A stretch of 64,000 bases of DNA from a virus. The stretch covers positions 32,001 to 96,000 of the IMG/VR virus record IMGVR_UViG_3300037424_002358. The stretch is one strand, 5' to 3'. Positions within the stretch are counted from its first letter, which is position 1. The number at the start of each line of letters is the position of its first letter. Shown piece by piece: positions 28,990 to 37,300 of this stretch. Position numbers and translations under genes: made by a program. The notes beneath the pieces are model-generated. The model did no database searches. It had not been told where the DNA came from and saw only the letters and a program-made list of their open reading frames with translations.

Positions 28990-29313
28990 CTATTGTACTG
29001 AGTCCTGGGCCACCTGCAAGCGCTTCGCTAGGTCCATGACCACCTGGGCGTCAGCCCGGTTCAGCAGTTGCATGCTTAAGAAGCACGGCATGCCGTTGAT
29101 GCCCCGCGGCCCCGACTTGTCGACGTACTCGAAGATCAGCCCGAGGTCCGACCCTTGCAGTTCCGCGATCTGCGATGGCTTCATGAGCGCGAGCGGCATG
29201 AAGGCCAGCCGGAGATCGTCGGCCCGGCAATGATGGTCGGTGAACAACTTTCCGGCGAGCCAGTCAAGCGCCAGTTGCCGCAGTTCCTCCCGCGTTCGTG
29301 ACGAGATCGACAT
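28990..29313 (-). CDS. Hypothetical phage protein
   Basis: FMPLAL...IFEYVDKSGPRGINGMPCF. Confidence 0.6.
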   Translation of the reverse strand: MSISSRTREELRQLALDWLAGKLFTDHHCRADDLRLAFMPLALMKPSQIAELQGSDLGLIFEYVDKSGPRGINGMPCFLSMQLLNRADAQVVMDLAKRLQVAQDSVQ

Positions 29314-29980
29314 CGGAGCCTTCGCTGGTCGCGGCTTCCCCGACCTGGGGCGCCCCCGCGCTTTCGCTGGACGGCGGTTCTTCGGCAACGGGTACCTCCT
29401 TGCCTTCGTACTTCGGGCGCCATGCTTTGTCGGGCCGATCATAGTGCATCGGCATGATGAGGACGTAGGGACCGCCGTCAACGCCAGAGCAAAGTTCAAT
29501 CGGTGCCCATCCCTCTTCCTGCTCGGCTTCGCCGATGGCCCGCTTCCCATAGAAGCGGAGAAGCACGGCGCTATGTCCCGTCCTCCAACCTTTCGGTGCC
29601 ATCTCAATGAACGCGTTGAGCGCGTCCCGCAGGAAGACGGGGTTGAGCGCGATGATGGCCGACGGTTCGTCGTGGGGGAGGATGGAAGAGAAGTCCGGGA
29701 ACTTCTTGATGTGCTCCTCCTCCTCGAGGATCAGCGGCCCCTTGCTCGTCGGTGGGATGAAGATCGGCCTGACGTAGCGCGCGTCCGGCCACCCGTCGGG
29801 TGCCTCGACCGCCTGTAGGCGGACGCCGTCGCAGGCCACCAGCGCGTCGCCATGGCGGGCGATGACACCTAAGTCGTGCCGGTCCGGCGCGGTGCCCTTC
29901 GCCAGCCAGCGCGCGATCTTCAGGACCTCGGCTGGCGGGTGCCAAATGGTAAAGCGGCGGGGGAACGTGTCATCTTCCAT
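29264..29980 (-). CDS. DNA polymerase III beta-clamp-like domain protein
   Basis: LVACDGVRL, KFPDFSSILP, IALNPVFLRDAL and VLIMPM resemble DnaN segments. Confidence 0.65.
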   Translation of the reverse strand: MEDDTFPRRFTIWHPPAEVLKIARWLAKGTAPDRHDLGVIARHGDALVACDGVRLQAVEAPDGWPDARYVRPIFIPPTSKGPLILEEEEHIKKFPDFSSILPHDEPSAIIALNPVFLRDALNAFIEMAPKGWRTGHSAVLLRFYGKRAIGEAEQEEGWAPIELCSGVDGGPYVLIMPMHYDRPDKAWRPKYEGKEVPVAEEPPSSESAGAPQVGEAATSEGSDVDLVTNAGGTAATGA

Positions 29981-30002
29981 TGATCTGCCTCCGAATGAAG
30001 AT

Positions 30003-30206
30003 TCAGGCTGGCTTCGATGGCTCGGACTCCAAAGTGTAGAAGCGGTAATCCTCCCGTCGCGGCAGGTCAGCATGGGCGAGGAAGAAGTCGCTCACCCGTT
30101 CGACGATCTCGGAGTGCGACGGCAGTCGTTCCTCCCGGAACGAGAACGAGGCTATAGGTTCCCCGTCCTCACGGCAAAGCGTCAGAAGATAATCGCGAGC
30201 GGTCAC
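30003..30206 (-). CDS. Hypothetical protein
   Basis: GGAGG RBS, 67 aa. Confidence 0.55.
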   Translation of the reverse strand: MTARDYLLTLCREDGEPIASFSFREERLPSHSEIVERVSDFFLAHADLPRREDYRFYTLESEPSKPA

Positions 30207-30489
30207 GGTGACCTCCTTCGCCCGGACGGAAGCAGGCCGACGGCTTTGCGGCTCCGTCGGCCTGTTGGCTCCGATTGGAAATGCTATTCGCTAGGTTCCT
30301 CGCTCACCCGCGGCCGAATGACGGCGACCACGTCGCCCTCGTCCGTCGGGATCGGCGGCAAGACGGGGATTTCACGTTCATACGAGCGGTCAGCGCCCTC
30401 GGCCTCTACGACCGCCTGACGCAAGCGCTCCCGAGTTTCATCGGTTACGGGCATGCGGACCTCCCTGTCGCCCGCGGGCGAGCAGGACC

Positions 30490-30518
30490 AGTATATACCG
30501 CCTGCGGTACCATGTCAA
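30490..30518 (-). promoter_or_regulatory. Sigma70-type promoter with a 14-bp palindromic operator
   Basis: TTGACA-17 nt-TATACT; TACCGCCTGCGGTA at 30496-30509. Confidence 0.85.
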
Positions 30519-31342
30519 GGGGTCACGACGGTCATTTTCGCCCGGAAATCTCTGCGGGTCGTGAGCAGGCCAGCCTGGGCTAGTTCTTCCGCCAGCCCCG
30601 CCAGAGCGGCCCGGTGCTGGCCCTCGCCGAAGCCCCACTCGGCGACGGCGGCGACCCGGAGGAAGACGCCGGTATCGGAGCGGCCCCACGTCCAGCCGCT
30701 CACGCCGAGGTCCTGCGCGGCAGCCTCAATGGCGGAGCGCAGGTCGGGCGTCAGCGGCGTCCAGAACTCCAATTCGCTCACGGGTTCGCCCTCGCCCTCG
30801 CCAGCCGCCTCCATGATAAGGACGCTCTCCTGCCCGAACATCTCGGCGGTATCCCGCAGAAGTTCCAGCGCTTCGCCGTCCCCGCGATAGCCGACGACCC
30901 AGGTCGGCTCGTGGGTGACCTCGCCTGTGTCCTGGCGCGTGTAGCCGCCGACGCCCGGAGCCACGGTCACATACGAGACCGTGGAAATCTCCCGTAGCCG
31001 TTCCCCGAAGACTCGCATCTCCTGAAAGACCTGCTTGGCGGGGATGCCTGGCTTAGCGGACGTGATCCCGACGGCCTTCGGCCCCGGCCCGCCTCCGGGC
31101 TGACTGCCCCCCACCTCGCCCGGACGCCCCTCGTGTCCGAAGTGCCCTGATCCAGGGCCACCACGTTCTACGCCGAGAGGCTCCGGGACGATCTCGAACG
31201 GGCCGTCGTCCATCGTGATGAGATGCCCGCCCACCTCGACCGTTTCGCCCTCAGTCAGGCGGACGAACTGCGCGCCGGTCACCTGCGTCCGGCTACCGCT
31301 GTAGCGCTCAGCACCTTCGTAGCGGTCCATGATGAAGCCCAT
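30515..31342 (-). CDS. GGPGSGHFGH-tagged protein with a SAM-lyase/DUF3293-like domain
   Basis: Tag at 31103-31165, then VGITSA...GVGGY...HEPTWVV...AEMFGQESVLI. Translationally coupled (TGATG) to the giant gene. Confidence 0.6.
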   Translation of the reverse strand: MGFIMDRYEGAERYSGSRTQVTGAQFVRLTEGETVEVGGHLITMDDGPFEIVPEPLGVERGGPGSGHFGHEGRPGEVGGSQPGGGPGPKAVGITSAKPGIPAKQVFQEMRVFGERLREISTVSYVTVAPGVGGYTRQDTGEVTHEPTWVVGYRGDGEALELLRDTAEMFGQESVLIMEAAGEGEGEPVSELEFWTPLTPDLRSAIEAAAQDLGVSGWTWGRSDTGVFLRVAAVAEWGFGEGQHRAALAGLAEELAQAGLLTTRRDFRAKMTVVTP

Positions 31343-34300
31343 CAGTTCACCTTCTCGCGGCCGTAGAAGCGCACGACCTCCGGGTGGTCAATGGAAAAGC
31401 GCGTCATGACCTCGTGACCATGATTGGTCTCGGCCCACGACCTGAGACTGCTGTCCGCCGTGACTTGCGGTTGCCACTCGTCGTATACGCTCCGGTCCGC
31501 CGAGCCGTAGGCATCCGCGATCTTTCCGGTGTCCCATCCCGCGCGTCCGGCTGCATTCTCTGCCGGCTGGAAACGGTAGAGCCAGCGATTGCCAGCGTAG
31601 TCCGTCCCGACAGCCCTGATCTCGGCCAGATGATTCTTGCAGGCGAATATGATGTCCTCAGGCGAGAATGCTCTGCCCGATGGATGGGAATGCGTCAGCG
31701 TACTGCCCCTCATGGTCGCCTGCTCTTCGTCAGTCCAAAATATCCCGGCGCCCTTGGGGTCATCCCAGCCCGTGCCGATCTTCTCAATGAGGACTTCGCC
31801 AGAGGCATCCACGGCGTAGGCTTTCTCCGCATCGTCGTGACCACGCGAGTATAGATCACTTTCGGCGGAGCGGATCGCTTCCTGCGCGGCCGATGATGGA
31901 TCAAACTGGACTCCGACGTATTCCCGCTCCTGGTAGGTCTTGAGACCCTCGCCGATCAGCGAGCCGCCGGAACCGACGACTTCCCGCATGCCTCCGCCCC
32001 CTGGCACGCTTCCGCCCACCTGGCCGGGCCGCCCCTCATGTCCGAAATGGCCGGAGCCTGGCCCGCCGCGGATGATCCATTCCTCCGGGTAGTCGGATGG
32101 GTCGTCGACCGATATGATCTCCTCGACGGGGCCGTTGTACGGAACGCGCACGTAGTGAGTTCGGCGGGCAGCCTTGAACTCCACCTCGCCCTGCCGGCGC
32201 TCCACCCTGGCCCGGATCGTCTCCAACATCGCCGACCTGTCCCTGCGGTTGTTCTCGTTCATCTCGGCCATCGGCAAGATGCCCGTCCCGAGGAGGTCGG
32301 ACGCATGGCTGAACCGGAGGAAGTCGTCCCTGCCGTTGAGGTAGGACGAGATCAGGTCGGCCCGGTACTCGTCGTCCCGGCTCGACTCCTTGTACGGTGA
32401 TATGGCGGCCAGCGACACGAGGTAGCGATACTCCCCCTTGGCGAGGCTGTCCGTGAACACGTCGTCGAGTTGCAGGGCGTAGTCGACTAGGTGCCCGACC
32501 TCGTGGCCGAGCGTGTCGTTGTACACGTCGGAGCCGATCGTGCGGGATGCCTCCAGCCATTCGTCGAAGCCGGGAAACTTCCCCGGCACGTGACCTCTGA
32601 CCTTGTCGCCGAAGTCGGGGTTCAACCACAGCATGGCACGGTTGTCGGCCCTGTTGTAGGCTGCCAGCCCCCACACATTCCCCCACACCTCCGCCACCGC
32701 GGCCCTGACCTCGTCGTATTTCTCCGGCGGCGTCGGTTTGAAGTCAATCAACTCTTCCCGCAGGAAGTCGTTGAGGGCGACGGGGTCGTCCGTCAGGCGA
32801 AGCCCGCGTAGCCGCAGGTTCAATTTTCTTTCGGCCCTCTCGACCATTCCCTGGACCGCAGCCGCCGTCTCGGGGTTGCCGAACACGTAGCGGTTGCCGC
32901 CGATCCTGCGCTCCTCCGGTGGGCCTCCGCCTCCGGGTGCGCTCCCGCCAACCTCACCAGGGCGCCCCGCGTGACCAAAGTGACCGGAGCCGGGGCCACC
33001 GCGCATGGTGATGCCGACAGCCTTCTCGAAGGCGCGCAGGCTGTCCCCCCCGATCAACTGGCCCGATGGCGTCATGAACTCGAACTCCGGCGAGATGTCG
33101 CCGGAGAGGACCATGTCGCGGATCGCCCGCCGCTGCGCCGCCGTCTGCGGGGGCCGGCCCTTGAAGGCCAGGATGACATTCACCGGCCCCTCCCGGGCGT
33201 CCTCGTCCACCGCGATGAAGCCCGAGTCGTACATCACCTGGATCACCGTATCCAGGAACACGTCCGGGAGATTGCGCGCCTCGCCCTCGGCATCCTCAAA
33301 CGCCTCCTCCAGTCCCTCTATCGGCTCCTCATCGAGGCCCGCCTTGCGGATGGCATCGGCGAAGGCCGCGTCGTGGTTGCCGAAGCCAGTCTCGAAGACT
33401 CTGCCGTCGGGCGACACGAGCCATCCGTTCATGCTCCGGTGGCCGGGCACGAACGGACTCTCATGCGGCGAGAAGGCGTCGGCGACTGCTCGGCGGAAGT
33501 TATATAGATAGCCCTCGTTCCATTCCTGCGTGATGCCAGCGCCCGCGCCCGGCGCACTTCCGCCGACCTCACCAGGGCGGCCCTCATGTCCGAAGTGGCC
33601 CGAGCCCGGGCCACCTCGCTCTAGGATCTCCAGCGGGATGAAAATACGGCGCGGCCGGAGGCGGCAGACGGCCCGGACGGACAGGCTCTCCTCCTCGAGT
33701 TGCTCACCCGGCCAGAGGATGTCCATGAAGTCGTCCTCGTACTTGTCCCACCATTCGTCGGCCCTGCTCGTTACCAACTCGTTGTAAGAGGTTTCCAGGT
33801 CCCCCCCCGTCCTGTGGCTCAATACCCACGTCGCGAACCACGTGACAAAGTCGTCGCCATAGACGAATGCCGTGGGTCGGACAACTGAGGAAGTTGTGTA
33901 ATCCCCCTCCTCTGGACCCTTGCCTCCGATCTCCTTCCCCTCGGTCCCAAATTCAATATCCCCATTAGGCCCAATCTCCGCGGCGTAGGCCATCCCGCCT
34001 TCCGATCCGGTCCATGCTATCTCGGCATCGCGCACCGCGTCCGGGTCAATGACCGCCACCAGCGCATCCTCGCGCAACTGTTCGAGCGGCGGCCAGATTG
34101 CGCTCCCCTGAGTCCAGTTCCAGTCGCCGCCCCGTGCAATGACACTCTGCGCCATGGCCGCGGTGATTGCGGCCATGGCGGGATCGTCGCTTACCCCGTC
34201 ATGAGCCTCGGGCGAACCCGGTCTCATCTCATCGTCATAGGAGGGATAAGCGTTCGGTCCAGCCAGGTAGGTTAGGGAGTCAGGTTCGCCCATCTGACCC

Positions 34301-37300
34301 GCGGTGCCTTTTCTACCCGTGTAGACGTTCGATACCCAATTGCCCACCTGCGGTAGTAGGCCATGCTCAACGATGCTCTCGAGGTGATCCCGGAGCGTGC
34401 CGTGGAAGAACAGCCTGGGGCCTACCTGATTGGGCTTCAGCGACGCGGGCACTTTGACCGTCCCGCCCGCGCTCGGTGCGCTTCCTCCGACCTCACCGGG
34501 CCGACCCTCGTGCCCGAAGTGACCTGAGCCAGGGCCACCACGGAGGGCGAGACCTGCCCACCACGGTAGCGGCTTCGGCGTCCAGCGGCGCCCGACCAGC
34601 GCACTCGTGAACTCTCTATCGGGCCATCCTGTCACGACGCCGGAGTCGGCGATTGCTCCGAAGGGTCTACCCTCCGGGTTCACGCGCTCCCAAACGACGC
34701 CCTTGTCCGCGTCGGGAACATCCGCCTCCATCGTGTATCGAGCAATCGACGCCAGAACCGAACGCTGGTCGTCCGTCGGTGTGAGGTTCCGATCCCACAT
34801 GATGCCGACGTAGTTTTCCCGACCTGCGCTCCCTCGACTGACACGGATGAACCCGTGGGCAGTGAAGAGTCCCTCGCCTGTCGCGCTCGGCACGCCATGC
34901 GCGATGAGCGTTGCCGACGACCGCTCCATTGCATCCTGCTTCGCCGCCTCAAGGGTCGCAGATGCTACGACGCCGTGGGGCAAGCCATATTCCTCCTGCA
35001 GTCTGTCTATCCAGCCGGATGGGCGGTATGTGTAGGGCCAATCGCTTCCTGGCTCGTTCGTGATGCGCCCGAGGCGGAGCGACCCGTTTGCGGACTCATA
35101 CTCGACAAAGACAGCGGGGTTGTCAGGCGGATAGTCTGGATCGGGCGGGAATGAGTATTGAGCCTTGGTTTCCTCTGGAAGAACGGTCGAGTAGTAGGCC
35201 ACGAGCGCATTCATCGCGGCCTGCTCGTGGCCCTTGCCCTCGACATTGAAGATGGTGCCATCGGGCGCAAGCCAGAACTCCCCGGAGTTGGCTTCCTCGC
35301 GAGTGAGTTTCATGGCTTCCTCCGCGAGGACCTGCTGGAGGCCTTCTATGTCAGCCCGCGAGAACTTGTGTCCCTTGAAGGCGGTGTCATTGAGGCGCGG
35401 GCTGAGATGACTCGCGTACTTCGTCCCCTGCTCCGCAACCCCGCCGCCGCTTGGCGCGCTCCCGCCTACCTCCCCTGGCCGACCCTCATGCCCGAAGTGA
35501 CCACTACCGGGACCGCCGCGCTCCTCAAGGGTCCGCCGGAAGTAATAGCGTCTGCTCTCCTTGAAGCCTGCCGCCTCGTCCCGCGGATCGTTGCCTCTCA
35601 TGCCTACTGCGATGAAGCCGCCCGGTCCGTCAATGAGATAGTCGCTTCCAGTCATCGCGGTCAATGGCGTATAGGAACCCGACGTTATCACGACGCGCTC
35701 TTTCGCTTCGCCGAGAACGCGCCGGGCAATAGCCACTGCCTGCGACTTGCTGTATTCGTTGTAGCGCGATGTGGACCATTGGAGGATGCGTCCGAGTGCT
35801 GCCCCACTCAGGCGAAGCGGATTGGCCTGGCTACCAGGGCCACCTGCGTAGTGCGGGCCATATTCGGCAAGCCTTCCCCCATCGGAAGCAGCATCGCCCG
35901 GTGCGCTCCCGCCAACCTCGCCTAGCCGACCCTCATGCCCGAAGTGGCCGGAGCCTGGCCCGCCGCGGGAAACGATAGATCGCGTGCGCAAGAGCGAGTC
36001 AACGCCCGATCCGTGAGGCCCATGTTCCAGGTCGACCGTTGCGCCTCCCGCCATCGGATGCAGAACGATGTCCCACGCCTCCCATGGGAGAATCTCAATG
36101 AGCCGCGGAATCTTCCCGGCCATCTCTGAGATGCGGCTTGCTTGCTCGTCGGTTATCTTCGCGCCGCCAGTCGACACTCCCTGTGTGCCCGACGTGCTCC
36201 ATCGCACGAGGCCGAGTCCGAGCATGATGCCCTCGTGTGAGAAGTGCGCACCAGGGATGAAACCGCTCGGCTCGACGCCAAAGAATTTCTTGAACCTGTC
36301 CGATAGGACGCCAGGATGCTCAAGAGCCGATTGGGCTGAACGGTCGTGACTCTCTACCTCGACAACCGTTCCATCCCTGAGCAGCCAGTAGTCGCCAAAG
36401 CCTATGTGCGAGGGGGAGACTGTTGGAGGATATACATCTCGGATATGCCCCGCCTCGCGTTCCCTAAAAAGCGCCTCGACCTTGTCCCGGATGGCAGGAA
36501 ACTCGCTGGCGATCTGGCTTTCCTTGAGCGATGGCGCAATACCAGCCATGCTCTCACCGTAGCGGGGCTGTGCCTCTGCCGTCGTCGCCCCGCTACCCGG
36601 CGCACTTCCGCCAACCTCACCAGGGCGACCCTCGTGCCCGAAGTGGCCCGATCCGGGGCCACCGCGCTCAATGACGCTCCTCAGGAGACGTGCGCCCTCA
36701 GGTCCTATCTGGTGTTCGTCGACCACGGACTCGACGCCCGGATTGACGGCCAGGATATCCTTGATAGTGTTCACGACTCGCCGACCCACTTCGGGCGAAG
36801 CCTCAATCCCGAGACCGTTGGGCCACATAGACGTGAGGCGGGCAAAGCCATGCGCGAACATCCAGTCGGACGCCTCGCCGAAACCCATGTCGCCGAGGCC
36901 CGCGTCGGCTATCGAGACGCTTGCCGACTCGTGGTGCAGGGCCGACAGGCTGATGTCGGTCAAGTTGCCGTCGGGCCTGATCCAGAATCGCGCCGCCGTG
37001 CCCTTGAGCCTGACTGCCGTCGGATCAGCGGTGCCGTAGCGGCCAGCCATGGCGTCCGCGACCTTGGCAGCAACTCCGCTCGGCTGCGACCCCCCGATCT
37101 CCCCTAGTCGCCCCTCATGACCGAAGTGCCCGGAGCCGGGACCGCCGCGCTGGGCGTAGCCCGCCGACCCGCCGTGACGCTCCGTGAAGTGCGATGAAAG
37201 AGTTGATAGAATCTGGTCGCCACTCGGCCACCAATCGTTCGGCGAGAGCGTCAGAGTTGCCATGACCTCGTCGGCTGTCGTATTCTCCAGGTCATCGGTG

